Shown here in pieces: positions 26,762 to 40,694 of a stretch of 64,000 nucleotides of DNA. Numbering within the stretch: the stretch's first letter is position 1; each line of letters starts with the position of its first letter. Origin of the DNA: Eledone cirrhosa (lineage: Eukaryota); contig OZ024764.1 of the NCBI GenBank assembly GCA_964016885.1, positions 4,030,001-4,094,000 on the forward strand, given 5' to 3'. Made by a program: the position numbers and the translations under genes. The notes below the pieces were generated by a model. The model did not search any database and was not told the origin of the DNA. It saw only the letters and a list, made by a program, of their open reading frames with translations.

Positions 26762-27148
26762 CAATGGAATATAATTTCTTTACAATAAATCTTGACTTAT
26801 GCAAAGAGTTATTTCCCTTAGCTTAAACTTTCCTAAATGTTTTTTTTTTTTTATCACCTTTTTAGAGAGTATATTCTCTATCCCTCCCTTCTTCAAGTTA
26901 CCTCCCGTAAAATATCTCTTTATTGAAAATTAAATTATTTGAAAGTACACACTCACACATACATTACCATAGAAGTTCGATGAGCCCTTGATTCCAGAGT
27001 CAGACCAGATCAATACAGATCAAACTTTGAACTGAAACACGCGTCTCAACTCAATAATTGTAATGAAGACATTACAAATTGTCCTTTTTTATTATTAGTA
27101 TTACACTCTGGTAAAGCTACAGTAACCAGACGTTACAATTCCTATATA

Positions 27149-27732
27149 TCTATATATATAAAACTGAGGAAGTCTGTCTGTGTGTGAGTTTGAATCCCTA
27201 AAACTCGAGAACCACCCAACCGACTTTTCAAACTTTACACATGTAATACTTATGTTTCAGGGAGTGTTCTGAGCAAAAAATTTCAAATTTTCAATGCCCT
27301 AAGGACCGCATTAGGCGATTTAGCGATCACTCTCTATAATTCTTAGTCTTTCTCTTTTTAGATAGATACATACATATAACGTCGCGCCCTTATAATATCT
27401 GTCTGTATGTCTGGTTGTCTGCATTATGTCACTTCCTACAATTCGCTTTCCGTCCAAAACGCGCCCTTATAATATCTGTCTGTATGTCTGGCTGTCTGCT
27501 GCCTCCGGTTATTCTGCCACCCTTGCTCAAGACAAATCTTACACTCACTCCCCAAACAGTTGGTAAGTGCACACAACTTCTTCCTCACGTTTTAAGCCAC
27601 AGTGTTGCTTACTTACGTACCACCAGACCCTTACTTCTTTGCCAGCCTTGGTTGTTGCAATACTAAGCTTAGCTAAGGCGGTTATATATTTCATAATACC
27701 TTACCCTGTGCAACGCCGGGTACCACTGCTAG
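27149..27732 (+). mobile_element. Non-autonomous Helitron
   Basis: 5' end A|TCTATATATATAAAA and 3' end CCCTGTGCAACGCCGGG hairpin plus CTAG|T. No target-site duplication. Confidence 0.8.
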
Positions 27733-27939
27733 TATATATATATATGCATGAGTGTATCATTATCATTTTACGTCCACTTTTCCCTGCTTGCAAGGGTGGG
27801 ACGGGAACTGATTCTGGCTTGATTTCTACAGCTGTATGCCCTTCCTAACACCAACCTCATTTACAGTGAGTGCTGGGTGCTTTTTTGCCGTGGCACCTAC
27901 ACGACTACTTTGCCATGTGCCTCCATGTGTATATATATG

Positions 27940-28520
27940 TCTATGGCGGGTAAGATTCCTGAGATCCACGGACGAGTTCTCTCCAGCGGTCTCTGTCCCT
28001 CACTGCGCTGCCATGTCCTGCGTCTCCAAGAGACCAGTGTCTGTCCTTAGGACATCAACATATGTCTTCCTCTTCCAGTGTGTCAATGCAGGGGCTCCCA
28101 CAGGAGCACTGAGTGCAGTTTCAACTCTGGATGTCGGTGAGCATGTCCAGTTAACCTCAGTCTTCCTCTTCCAGTGTGTCAATGCAGGGGCTCCCACAGG
28201 AGCACTGAGTGCAGTTTCAACTCTGGATGTCGGTGAGCATGTCCAGTTAACCTCAGTCTTCCTCTTCCAGTGTGTCAATGCAGGGGCTCCCACAGGAGCA
28301 CTGAGTGCAGTGTCAACTCTGGATGTTGGTGAGCACGTCCAGCTAACCTCAGTCTCCTCTGTGTTACTTTGGAGCTGACTTTTGGGAGGCTCCCATACAG
28401 CTCTGAGTTCTTCATCCTCAGTGTATACTGATTAATGTTCAGAGCCATCCTCAGCATTCTCGTGTAGCACCCATCCACCATCTGAGTGAGTTTCTTGGTC
28501 AGTGTCCAAGTCTCAGACCC
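27940..28520 (-). mobile_element. RTE-like LINE 3' fragment with a 96-bp segment in 3 copies
   Basis: Encodes GSETWTLTKKL...DGCYTRMLRMALN...QRRLRLAG..H.HPELTLHSVLLWEP. Confidence 0.88.
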
Positions 28521-29178
28521 TTACATATATGTATGGAAAAGATATCGTTTTTTATAAAACAACGATATAAAACAAATATTGTTATAATTTATTATAACTA
28601 ACAGTACAAAATCCTGTTGTGTTAACAATAATAATTACACATGAAACAAATTATTGATTAAAGTAATTACCAAATATGTTTTTACATTAAATACTAATTT
28701 ACGAATGTTTCGTCTCCTTATTGGGACTTATCAAGATCAGTTATTTATAAGTATATATATATCATCATCATCGTTTAACGTCTATCTTCCACGCCAGCAT
28801 GGGTTCGACGGGAATTGTCCCACTTGAGGCAAGATTGGTCGGGTTACCGTGTCTCGCTCGTACAGGACTATCTGGCAGGTTTTCTACAGCTGGATACCCT
28901 TCCTAACACCAACCACGTTTACAGTGTGGAACTGGGAGCTTTTTACCGTGTTACCTACACGGCCACATTACAGTGTGGACTGTGTGTTTTTTTGTTGTGA
29001 CACCTAAACAACCTCATTTATTTAGGACTGGTTGTTGTGGTACCAACATAACTTTATAGAGAAAGGGGTGGTGTTGGTGGGAGTGGAAGGATGGAGTAGG
29101 GGCAGTGGGATGGGGGTGTATATTTGGTTAAGAGGTGCCTACTGACTAGGTTTCGCTTTGTAATATATATATATATAT

Positions 29179-29761
29179 GGATGCACATGGCTTAGTGGTT
29201 AGAGCATTGGCCTTGCAATTAAAAGGTTGTGAGTTCAATTCTCAGACCGGGTGATGTGTTGTTTCCTTGAGCAAGACACTTTATTTTACATTGCTCCAGT
29301 TTACTCAGCTGTAGAAATGAGATGATAGGGACTGGGGTCCCTATCATTCCACTGTAAAGTGGTCGTGGAGGTGTCACGGCAAAAAGCACCTAGCACTCAC
29401 TGTAAAGTGGTCGTGGAGGTGCCACGGCAAAAAAGCACCCAGCCTACACTGTAAAGTGGTCGTGGAGGTGCCACAGCAAAAAAGCACCCAGCCCACACTG
29501 TAAAGTGGTCGTGGAGGTGCCACAGCAAAAAAGCACCCAGCCCACACTGTAAAGTGGTCGTGGAGGTGCCACGGCAAAAAAGCACCCAGCCTACACTGTA
29601 AAGTGGTCGTGGAGGTGCCACGACAAAAAAGCACCCAGCACTCACTGTAAATGAGGTTGGTGTTAGGAAGGGCATCCAGCTGTAGAAATCAAGCCAGAAT
29701 CAGTTCCCATCCCACCCTTGCAAGCAGGGAGAAGTAGACGTAAAATGATGATGATGATGAT
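29179..29761 (+). mobile_element. SINE family B with an internal segment of about 49 bp in 6 copies
   Basis: tRNA head and core, followed by repeats of CACTGTAAAGTGGTCGTGGAGGTGCCACGGCAAAAAAGCACCCAGC. Confidence 0.88.
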
Positions 29762-30202
29762 ATATATATATATCCAGGGAGTGTAACATGAAGTAACTGT
29801 AGGTTCACCCAGGTGAACACTCAATGTTTAGTTTCAATGTAGAGCTAGACAGTGTAATATACAAGGACGATTTGTTAAGCCTTCATTACGTTTCTCAGTT
29901 GGTGATGCACGTTTCGCTATTGATCAGCTCAAGGTCTGATCTGTATTGATCTGGTCCGACTCTGGATTCAAAAGCTTGTCAGACCTCTGCTGTAGTAATG
30001 ACAGAATGGACATATAGAACAAAGAAAATATGGCAAACCAGGTGGACCATAACGCTCCAGAGTACTCAATACTTAGGTTAGTCGAGTAGGTAATAGGAAA
30101 AGAGTCAGGACCCCGACAGCTGAGCTCCGGCCATTTTGACAACTAGTTTGGATCTAGATCTCGAAACGGTTGGAGCTCAGCTGTTGGGGTCCTGACTCTT
30201 TT

Positions 30203-30242
<40 letters not shown>

Positions 30243-30282
30243 ATATATTAATAAATGGAAACTATATTTATAAAACCATAAT

Positions 30283-30348
30283 TATTTTATTATATATATT
30301 TCAAGGGCAACCAAGGCAAATTATGGTGCGCTTTCATCAGATAAAATA
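30283..30348 (-). ncRNA. Minimal type-I hammerhead motif
   Basis: tattttat-CTGATGA-aag...ctt-GAAA-tatata-TA-ataaaata, with an 8-bp stem I. Confidence 0.72.
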
Positions 30349-30997
30349 CAAATTTGTTTTATAAATAAAAATCCCAACAAATTAAATATAACCTCTGCAT
30401 GTGTATATATATATATATACACCCCACTCTCAAGAGCGTGAAACTAATAAACCTTTGTTTGTACTGCTTCTGTTTTCATTCCTGTTCCAATTTTCACTAT
30501 ATATATGTATATATATATATATATATATATTTATAAGTGAAAGTCTCATATATATAATGAAATAATAAAAAAAAATCAGTGATCCAAGACTTATATATAG
30601 TACATATGATGAAACATGTGTGTTACTCAAAGAAAGCTATTCCCACTCATCTGGATTGTGGAATTTTTAATTATATTTTTGTAATTTTCTATATATATAT
30701 ATATGTGTGTGTGTGTGTATATATATACACACACACACATATATATATATAATAGAAGGTATATACTGTGTGGGCTTGAACCTACAACGGATGGGATGGC
30801 ACTCAAACAACTTAACCAATTAACCACTCAGCCACTCCACCACTTCCCAAATATTTCATCTCGTTAAAACACAATAACATGTCCTCTCACTACCCCCCAC
30901 CCTATCTACTTCCGACCCCCCCGATCCCACTCCTTACACCCCTCTCCCCGTTTCTTTCTATAATGTTATGACTTTAACTTAAATATTCATTTCAGTG

Positions 30998-30999
30998 TT

Positions 31000-31030
<31 letters not shown>

Positions 31031-31628
31031 CTTTCCTACTCTCTCTCTCACTGTCTCTCTTTCTCTCTCTCTGTCTCTCTCTCTCACTGTCTCTTTCCTA
31101 CTCTCTCTCACTGTCTCTCTTTCTCTCTCTCTCTCTCACTGTCTCTCTTTCTCTCTCTCTCTCTCACTGTCTCTCTCACTGTCTCTCTTTCTCTCTCTCT
31201 CTCTCACTGTCTCTCTTTCTCTCTCTCTCTCTCACTGTCTCTTTCCTACTCTCTCTCACTGTCTCTCTTTCTCTCTCTCTCTCTCACTGTCTCTTTCCTA
31301 CTCTCTCTCACTGTCTCTCTTTCTCTCTCTCTCTCTCACTGTCTCTTTCCTACTCTCTCTCTGTCTCTTTCCTACTCTTTCTCTCACTGTCTCTTTCCTA
31401 CTCTTTCTCTCACTGTCTCTTTCCTACTCTTTCTCTCACTGTCTCTTTCCTACTCTCTCTCTCAGTGTCTCTCTTTCTCTCTCTCTCACTGTCTCTTTCC
31501 TACTCTCTCTCTCACTGTCTCTCTTTCTCTCTCTCTGTCTCTCTCTCTCACTGTCTCTTTCCTACTCTCTCTCACTGTCTCTCTTTCTCTCTCTCTCTCT
31601 CACTGTCTCTTTCCTACTCTCTCTCTCA

Positions 31629-31670
<42 letters not shown>
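30998..31670. repeat. CT-rich compound satellite
   Basis: Repeats of CTCACTGTCTCTTTCCTACT(CT)n. Confidence 0.93.
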
Positions 31671-31673
<3 letters not shown>

Positions 31674-32154
31674 ATCCACCCACGACCACCACAACAGCTG
31701 AGTTTTATGACAACCTTAAGTGGTAAATGTGTCACCATTTTCACAAACTGACACCACCACCACCAGCACCATCACCACTACTGCACTACACCACCACCAC
31801 CAGCACCATCACCACTACTGCACTACACCACCACCACCACTACACCACCACCACCACTATACCACCACTACACCACCAGAGCCCTCGCCCCCTCTATATA
31901 GAGACACCCCATTAACCCATTTTTGGCTGAAGTAGGGGAAGGGGATGGTGTCCACTCTCTGTATTTGACCCTGTCCAGGGTTTGTGAGTGGTCACATCCT
32001 TTACATGTATGTATGTATGTATATATACACACATATATACACATACATACATATATATATGTATACATATTTATGTATATGTATATATATATATATGTGT
32101 GTGTATGTATCCATGCATATATCACATACATACATATATATATATATACATATT

Positions 32155-32187
<33 letters not shown>

Positions 32188-32300
32188 ATATATACATGCA
32201 TACACATCCACACACACACATATATATGTATATATGTGTGTGTGTGTGTATGTATATATGCACATACATACATACATATATATATATACATATTTATATA

Positions 32301-32343
<43 letters not shown>

Positions 32344-32456
32344 ATGTATATATACATGCATACACACCCACACATACTTATATATATGTATATAAATACA
32401 TGATGGCTGCCCCCTCATTATCTAGTATGGCCATATATACATACATGCACACATAC

Positions 32457-32499
<43 letters not shown>

Positions 32500-32667
32500 T
32501 ATGTATAAATACATATATGTATACATATATATATGTATAAATACATATATGTATACACACACATATATGTGTGTGTGTATGTAAAAGATAAACAGAAATA
32601 ACAACACAATCGGTACAGTATATGGAAGGGATATATTAGGTTAACACTTGATATAGCAGGAAGAGGG

Positions 32668-32703
32668 TCTTAACGTTTCGGGGGCTAGTCCTTCATCAGA
32701 AGA
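32668..32703 (-). ncRNA. Minimal type-I hammerhead motif
   Basis: tctt-CTGATGA-aggactagcccc(c)-GAAA-cg-TT-aaga. Confidence 0.7.
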
Positions 32704-32976
32704 AAGAATGAGAAATAAGATAGATTGAAGGGACGGGTGGGGTGGAATTGGAAAAAATGTCTTTAGATAAAAATAACAGGTCCATTCATGTTGACATCTC
32801 TTGGAAAACTGTTGGTGCTGGCGTTTTGTGTATGATTTATATTTTAGAAAAGTGGATGATGGAGCGCGTCTACCTGAAATGGAAAAAAAAAACGTTTTGT
32901 AAAAAGAGCTATACTTGAACACATGCGTAAGCATGAGTTTGTGTGTGTGAGTGTATATATATATATATTTATATAA

Positions 32977-33143
32977 AGGCCAGCAATTACCCAGTACATT
33001 ACTGGTACTTTATTTTATCAAACCCCCTAAGGATGAAAGGTAAAGTTAACCTCGGCGGGATTTGAACTCAGAATGGCAAGGGCCGTAATTGTATGCGTCA
33101 AAGCATGGCGTCTGACCCTCTACCTATATTGCCAATCCACCCT
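32977..33143 (-). mobile_element. SINE family A (followed head-to-head by a partial plus-strand copy at 33161-33235)
   Basis: Reverse complement of 16522-16710. Confidence 0.85.
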
Positions 33144-33234
33144 CATAATATATATATAATAGGGTGGTGAATTGGCAGTATCGGTAGAGGGTTGGACGCC
33201 ATGCTTTCTAGCATAGTTACGTCCCTTTACAGTC

Positions 33235-34180
33235 TGTGGGAGCCCCTGCATTGACACAGTGGAAGAGGGAGACAGAGGTTAGCTGGACATGCTCACTGAC
33301 ATCCAGAGTTGACACTGCACTCAGTGCTCCTGTGGGAGCCCCTGCATTGACACACTAGAAGAGGAAGACTGAGGTTAGCTGGACATGCTCACTGACATCC
33401 AGAGTTGACATTGCACTCAGTGCTCCTGTGGGAGCCCCTGCATTGACACAGTAGAAGAGGGAGACAGAGGTTAGCTGGACATGCTCACTGACATCCAGAG
33501 TTGACATTGCACTCTGTGCTCCTGTGGGAGCCCCTGCATTGACACAGTGGAAGAGGGAGACAGAGGTTAGCTGGACATGCTCACCGACATCCAGAGTTGA
33601 CACTGCACTCAGTGCTCCTGTGGGAGCCCCTGCATTGACACAGTGGAAGAGGGAGGCAGAGGTTAGCTGGACATGCTCACTGACATCCAGAGTTGACATT
33701 GCACTCAGTGCTCCTGTGGGAGCCCCTACCTGGACACACTGGAAGAGGGAGACAGAGGTTAGCTGGACATGCTCACCGACATCCAGAGTTGACACTGCAC
33801 TCAGTGCTCCTGTGGGAGCCCCTGCATTGACACACTGGAAGAGGGAGACAGAGGTTAGCTGGACATGCTCACTGACATCCAGAGTTGACATTGCACTCAG
33901 TGCTCCTGTGGGAGCCCCTGCATTGACACAGTGGAAGAGGGAGACAGAGGTTAGCTGGACATGCTCACTGACATCCAGAGTTGACACTGCACTCAGTGCT
34001 CCTGTGGGAGCCCCTGCATGGACACACTAGAAGAAGACCAAGGTTAACGTATGTTGATGCCCTAAGGACAGACACTGGTCTGTTGGAGATGCAGGACATG
34101 GCAGCGATAATGAGGGACAGAGACCGCTGGAGAGAAGTCGTCCATGGATCTCGGGAATTTTACCCACCCTAGATAGATAT
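33235..34180 (+). repeat. RTE-like 3' fragment with a 96-bp segment in about 8 copies
   Basis: Same unit as 28065-28355, inverted. Continues into RPRLTYVDALRTDTG...EFYPP* and an (AGAT)n tail. Confidence 0.92.
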
Positions 34181-34288
34181 ATATGTATATGTATATAATT
34201 ATATTTCGCTTCTGAATTTGACACACAGAAACAAGATGGCGTAGGACAGAACAAAGGAGAGGCACAAAAGCAAAGAAAAGAATCCTCA

Positions 34289-34331
34289 GTCACTGAAGAG
34301 GTCACAGAATGTGTGACGAAAGAACTTTGAC
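34289..34331 (+). ncRNA. Minimal type-I hammerhead motif within a repeated unit of about 255 bp (34215-34470)
   Basis: gtca-CTGAAGA-g-gtcac(agaatgt)gtgac-GAAA-gaac-TT-tgac. A homologous unit lies on the minus strand at 61757-62003. Confidence 0.7.
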
Positions 34332-34461
34332 AATATATAAACAACCATCTGGTTGTGGAACCAACCAACCAACCGGAAATTTATAAATTTATTATAATAA
34401 ATTGAAGTGAAAGCAACTGGTGCGTGTGTTTCTTATTGGCAACATGACCCTCCCAAAGTAT

Positions 34462-34506
<45 letters not shown>

Positions 34507-34577
34507 ATGATGATATATATATATATATATATATAAAGAGAGAGGGAGGCAAGGATAATGGTTGTCTCTGTGTTGAT

Positions 34578-35035
34578 AAGTAGTAGTGATGGTGGTGGTG
34601 GTTGTGGTAGTAGTAGAGGTTGCGGTTGTAGTAGTTGTGGTGTTGGTAGTGGTAGTGGTTGTGATGGTGGTGGTAGTAGTAGTAGTGGTTGTGATGGTAG
34701 TAGTAGTGGTGGTAGTAGTATTGGTTGTGGTGGTAGTAGTGGTAGCAGTAGTGGTTGTGGTGGTAGTAGTGGTTGCGGTAGTAGTAGTGGTTGTGGTGGT
34801 AGTGGTAGTAGCGGTTGTGGTGGTAGTAGTGGTAGTGGTTGCGGTAGTAGTAGTAGAGGTTGTGATGGTAGTAGTGGTTGCAGTAGTGGTAGTGGTTGCA
34901 GTAGTAGTAGTTGTGTTAGTAGTAGTAGTAGTGGTGGTTGTGATGGTAGCAGTGGTTGCGGTAGTAGTGGTTGTGATGGTAGTAGTGGTAGTAGTAGTTG
35001 TGGTAGTGGTAGTGGTAATGGTGGTTGAGGTGGCC
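34578..35035. repeat. (GGT/AGT/TGT)n low-complexity tract
   Basis: Direct inspection. Confidence 0.9.
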
Positions 35036-35198
35036 ATGGCTATATGTTAATAATTGTTTCTACTTTAGGCACAAGGCCAGCAATTACCCAGTGTATTACT
35101 GGTACTATATTTTATCGACCCCGCAATGTATAAATAACATTACAAGTTGTTTATAATTCTTCCAGTTTGAAAAAAATAAATACAAATATAAACACATA

Positions 35199-36275
35199 CT
35201 TCTTCTTCTTCTTCTTCTTTACCCTCTTATTCCTGTGAGGGGCTCAACCACTCCCCCAGTGAGTCCTGTCAGAAGCAACCATCTTCAGCTGATCCAGCTA
35301 GATCCCCAATTGAGACCAGCTAAGTTTATGGATGTTGTCCAACCATCTTGCTCAGGGTCTGTCAGTTGGTTTTCCCCATAAAATCTGTCCAGAGATTCTT
35401 TCCTGAGACATTGAGACATTCTAACCACATGTCTGTAGTATCAGAGCTGTGGTCTCTCAATTCAGAGATTCTTTCCTCAGACATTCTAACCACATGTCTG
35501 TAGTATCAGAGCTGTGATCTCTCAATTCAGAGATTCTTTCCTGAGACATTCTAACCACATGTCTGTAGTATCAGAGCTGTGATATCTCAGTTCAGAGATT
35601 CTTTCCTCAGACATTCTAACCACATATCTATAGTATCAGAGCTGGGATCTCTCAATTCAGAGATTCTATCCTGAGACATTCTAACCTCATGTCTATAGTA
35701 TCAGAGCTGTGATCTCTCAATTCAGAGATTCTTTCCTGAGACATTCTAACCACATGTCTGTAGTATCAGAGCTGTGATCTCTCAATTCAGAGATTCTTTC
35801 CTCAGACATTCTAACCACATGTCTGTATTATCAGAGCTGTGATCTCTCAATTCAGAGATTCTTTCCTCAGACATTCTAACCACATGTCTGTAGTAGCAGA
35901 GCTGTGATCTCTCAATTCAGAGATTCTCTCCTGAGACATTCTAACCACATGTCTGTAGTATCAGAGCTGGGATCTCTCAATTCAGAGATTCTTTCCTGAA
36001 ACATTCTAACCACATGTCTGTAGTATCAGAACTGTGATCTCTCAATTCAGAGATTCTTTCCTGAAACATTCTAACCACATGTCTGTATTATCAGAGCTGT
36101 GATCTCTCAATTCAGAGAAGGAGCAGCTCTACTTTGAGTGACTCTCTGATCTCCAAGCTACACACTCAATTGAGTAACATTTCTCCAGAAACCCTTCGAA
36201 GGAACCCCATTTCAGCCCCTTGTATTCATGATTGTATTCTTTTGGTATTACCCAAGATTCATGACCATAGGTAAA
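35199..36275 (-). mobile_element. RTE 3' fragment with a (GAA)n tail and a 65-bp segment in about 11 copies (35388-36118)
   Basis: Same unit and register as 2692-5572. The upstream part reads YGHESWVIP..RIQ..EMGFLRRV. Confidence 0.9.
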
Positions 36276-36466
36276 CATATATAATAAATATAATTAATTA
36301 TTGCTAGGAACCTTATAAAGATAATACATAATAATATAGGACTAAATTTACAGTAGAATAACATTACAAATGTTTTAAATATATACATAAATAACATTAC
36401 AAATGCTTAAATAACATTATTGGTCAGAAGGAGATTACAAATACGATGTCTAAACTATGTATAATA

Positions 36467-37186
36467 ACACGGTATTCGCGGGGGTTACGTTACTTCAGTA
36501 CCTCTGAAGAGTGAAAAACCGCAAATATTGGACGTGGTCCATAAAAATGCCTATAAACGTCAAAATATAACGTAAAATATAGTAAAAAAAGCGGGAGAGT
36601 CTTATGCGAAGGGCGTCCAACAGGCCGGCAAATACGGTATATTGTTATTAATAATTTAGTTTGAAAAAAAAAAAAATACATTGCCACGAAAAAAGCCATT
36701 AAAAAAATCACGGAAGGTATTTACGATTCCGCGAATATTCGGTAGATTCCACGAACAATTATTATGTTCCAAGGAAAATTCCGGAACCGCGAAAGCCGGG
36801 AGTATACTGTATTTACGAATCCGCAAAGATGCGGTGGTTTCCGTGAACAATTATTATTTAGGTTCTCAGGAAAACTCAGCGAATAACCGGAACCGCGAAT
36901 GTCGGAACTGCGAAAACCGAGAGTACACGGCATTTACAATTTCGCGAATATGCGGTGTTTTCCTCTAACAATTATTAGAGAAGCTCCAAGGGAAACACCG
37001 CGAATAACCAGAACCGCGATTGCCGGGGATACACTGTATTGCCAAGAAAAAAGGCATAAAAAAACGCGGAATATATTTACGATTCCACGAATATTCGGTG
37101 GTTTTCACGACAATTATTAGATAAGTTCTGAGGAAAATTCCGCGAATGCCGAAGCACGAATACGCGGCGGGTGGGGGTAAACTATA
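36467..37186. mobile_element. pogo/Tigger-like MITE
   Basis: Terminus CGGTATTCGCGGGGGTTACGTT and many internal CCGCGAATA motifs. A related end lies at 54070-54252 (TA-CAGTTGTCCCCTGATATTTGCAGGGGTTAC on the minus strand). Confidence 0.6.
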
Positions 37187-37546
37187 CATATATGTAAATA
37201 TATTTATATATATAGTAAAATAAATTTGCATATTTATTTGTATTGATTATTTGTTGCGTGGAAGAGGTCTTTGGTGTCGTCGGTGAGTTTATCTTTAAAT
37301 TTTATATTAATTTAATTAACTTGGTCCCCACATTTTATCCACTTTATTAGGTAAGGACTTCCTCCAGATATTTGGAGGGTATTTCTCTCACAAATAAAAC
37401 TTTTAAAGGGATTTTTTCTCTCATTAACCCCGCCAAAAAGTAATCATTATTTTTCGTTATTTATCCGCGCTTTTTAAAAAGAGAAAAAGTCAAAAGCCAG
37501 CATTTTTTAAATTATACATACATACGCATATATATATATATATATG

Positions 37547-37585
<39 letters not shown>

Positions 37586-37659
37586 TTAATTGATGTTTAT
37601 TTTAAATATATGTTTTCGCTTGATCATATATATTTTGTGTATTATATTTAAGAAGGGAG

Positions 37660-38450
37660 GTGGGTGTAAAAGCCAAACTCGCCATCTTCAGTTCAGTAAT
37701 CGGGCCGACCCTTACGTATGGCCATAAATCTTGGATAATAACTGAAAGAATACGATTGCAAATACAAGCGGCCGAAATGGGGTTCTTCTGAAGGGTCTTT
37801 GGAGGAACTTGACTCGATAAAATGTAGCTCGGAGGTTAGATATTATGGACATGTTTGTAGCTCGGAGATGAGAGAGTCACCCCAAGTAGAGCCTCTACTT
37901 CTCCGGATTTGGAGATCATAGCTTCGGTACTATGGACATGTTGTTAGAATATCTCGGGAAAGAATCACTGGACAGATTTTACAGGCAAACCAACAGGCAG
38001 GTGACCCAGGGGTAGACCCTAAGCAAGATGAGCTTGGCTGGTCTCACTTGAGGATCCAGCCGGATCAGTTGCAGACGGTTGCTTCTGACAGGACCTGCTG
38101 GAAAGAGTGTTTAAGGGCTCTGCTTCACCACGACCCTCTTAGGAATAAGTGGTCAAAGAAGAAGTGGATATAGTGATGACACTGGTGCCAAGCTGCCTCT
38201 ATCTTTCCTTTGGATAACAACATATATTGCTGGACAGATATTACTGGAGACCCAGAGGTAGACCCCAAGCAAAGATGGTTGGATAACATCCATGAGCTTG
38301 GCTGGTCTCGCTTAGGGATCCAGCCTGAATCCTAAGGGATCCAGCCGGATCTGTTAGAGACGGTTGCTTCTGACAGGAGCTGCGGAAGGAATGTTTGAGG
38401 ACTCTGTCCCCTCGACCCTCTCAGGAATAACCGGGCGCAGAAGAAGAAAA
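37660..38450 (+). mobile_element. Two degenerate RTE 3' fragments, containing the unamplified parent of the 65-bp satellite
   Basis: Encodes KAKLAIFSSVIGPTLTYGH.SWIITERIRLQIQAAEMGFF...LRYYGHVVRISRER and ends in (GAA)n tails. Confidence 0.85.
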
Positions 38451-38528
38451 GGTAAAAGGTTCCTACCAATAATTAATTGTATGTATTATTTGTGTCTATA
38501 TTTTCATTCCGTAAACATTATATTATTG

Positions 38529-38713
38529 ATTGGCAGTATCGGTAGAGGGTCGGACGCCATGCTTTGAAGCATAGAGTTACGTCTCTTTACGGTCTGAGTT
38601 CAAATCCCGCCGAGGATAACTTTGCCTTTCATCCTTACGGGGGTCGATAAAATAAAAGTACCAGTAATACACTGGATAATTGCTGGCCTTGTGCCAAAAG
38701 TAGAAACAATTAT
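38529..38713 (+). mobile_element. SINE family A
   Basis: Matches 16522-16710. Confidence 0.88.
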
Positions 38714-39317
38714 TATATTTATAGTAAAGTAATAATGATCGTATATTTTTGGTGATTGTAAAACGGATATCTCACATTTTTGTAATGAGAGTGATTTACA
38801 AATATATTTTATTATATTTATACTTATAAGGTTCCTAAAAAGAAAGATAGAGAAAAACAAAACAAAACTCCCCCAAATCTACTATGTACATTAAGAAATA
38901 ACACAACCCTTCTTGTCCAAATAGTTTAAACAAGATTTACTGTATGTATGGTATGGTTGGCCCCACTAACTGCTTGGGTGTCCTAGGCGCGCCAAATTCA
39001 CATTAAGCTTTTTCCTAGGGTTGTTATATTTGGGGAGGGTCATGTTGTCCTAATATTGCCAGAAATATATGTTTTACTATAATTTCTAGCAATATTATAA
39101 CAACATGACCCTCCCCAAGTATAATAATATCTGTTTGAACACGATTTCATATCAAAAACCTTGCAAAGCAAATACATCGCCGCTTTTCTAGGACATTTTT
39201 TAAAAACCTGACAGAACCGATCGCTTTCTCTATACCTCAGATCCCTTCTCTATACCTCGGATCCCTTCTCTATACAACAGATTTCTTGCCGGGGATAGAG
39301 TATGAAAGAATGGAAGA

Positions 39318-40082
39318 GATATAGAGGAAGAATCGACCTCAGTATTAATATCTATGTACGGCCCTTTATGGTCTGAGTTCAAATCTCGCCGAGGTTAATT
39401 TTGCATTTCAACCTTACGGGGGTCGATAAAATAAAGTACCAGTAATGCACTGGGGGTAATTGCTGGCCTTGTTCCAAAACTAGAAACAATTATTATTATA
39501 TATATCTATGTACCTTTGGTCCCCTATCTCCCGAGGGAGTTGTTGGCGCTCATATTGAGATATGGCTTTTCCAGGGCATTTTTCTTTAAATCTGAGGGAT
39601 CTCACCTCCTCTCTGGGTTTTAATACAACAGATTTCTTCCATAGAAGGATATAGTGAGTGATAAAGAGATATAGAGGACGAGTCGACCCCAGTACGGGAC
39701 TGGTATTATATTTATATCTATGTATGTTTGACCCCTAGCTCCCAAGATGGTTGTTGGCGCCCATAAAGTGTTTCTAGGGCATTTTTCTTTAAACCTTGGG
39801 GATCTCACCTCCTTCCTGGGTCGGACTACAGCAGATATCTTCCAGAGAAGGATATAGTGAGTGAGAAAGAGATATAGAGGACGAGTAGACCCCAGTACGG
39901 GACTGGTATTATAGTTATATCTATATAATACGATGGATTGGCAGTATCGGTAGAGAAGAGATATCGAGGATGAATCGACCCCAGTAGTAGACTAGTATTA
40001 TATATCTATATATATCTATGTATATTTGACCCCCAACTCTCGAGGGGGTCGTTGGTGCCCATACAGTGTTTCTAGGGCATTT
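39318..40082 (+). repeat. Diverged tandem unit of about 205-220 bp (3-4 copies) interleaved with SINE fragments
   Basis: GATATAGAGGA(C)GAGTCGACCCCAGTA...TATCTATGTA..TTTGACCCC recurs at about 39318, 39667, 39871 and 39960. Confidence 0.7.
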
Positions 40083-40271
40083 AAAAGCCTGATCGACCTT
40101 ATTTCTCTATGATGATGAAAGTATTGGGTCGTCAAGTATGAAATTTGTAGTGAGGCATATGGTCGTATGTTTTTTTTTTACAAATGTCATACTTGACGAG
40201 CCAGTAAGATTGAATCTAATGGGATTTAATGAAAATATTAATGTCGAGTGTATGTCTGTTAATGTATATAT

Positions 40272-40590
40272 ATAATATATAAGATCAAAAGATGGTTAAA
40301 AGAGTTCCATGTATTTTATTATGCGCATTTCAAAAACAAATATCATCATGCCTTTGCGTTTTCGTCAGATAAAATAGGGAGACATGATTAAAACACACTT
40401 GTGAATAATGCAGTTTTAAATCAACATATCAAAACTGCACTATTCACAAGTGTGTTTTAACCTTCATATCATGTCTCCCTATTTTATCTGACGAAAACGC
40501 AAATGTTATTGCATGATGATATTTGTTTTTGAAATGTGCATAATAAAATACATGGAACTCTTTTAACCATCTTTTGATCTTATATATTAT
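40272..40590. ncRNA. Palindrome with mirror-image hammerhead motifs (40312-40376 minus; 40480-40550 plus)
   Basis: tattttat-CTGACGA-aaac...gttttt-GAAA-tg(c/t)gca-TA-ataaaata on each arm. Confidence 0.75.
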
Positions 40591-40694
40591 TTATACTCCA
40601 GTCCTACAAACTGTAGAGTGCTTCTTATCCGATATCTGCATTGCTTTATTGTACTACAATAAAACTCACCTCCTACATATATATATATATATAT

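Noticed and set aside
31900-32000. Minus-strand unique island CDHSQTLDRVKYREWTPSPSPTSAKN
   Set aside because: No pyrimidine-rich acceptor or convincing donor, so it cannot be supported as an exon.
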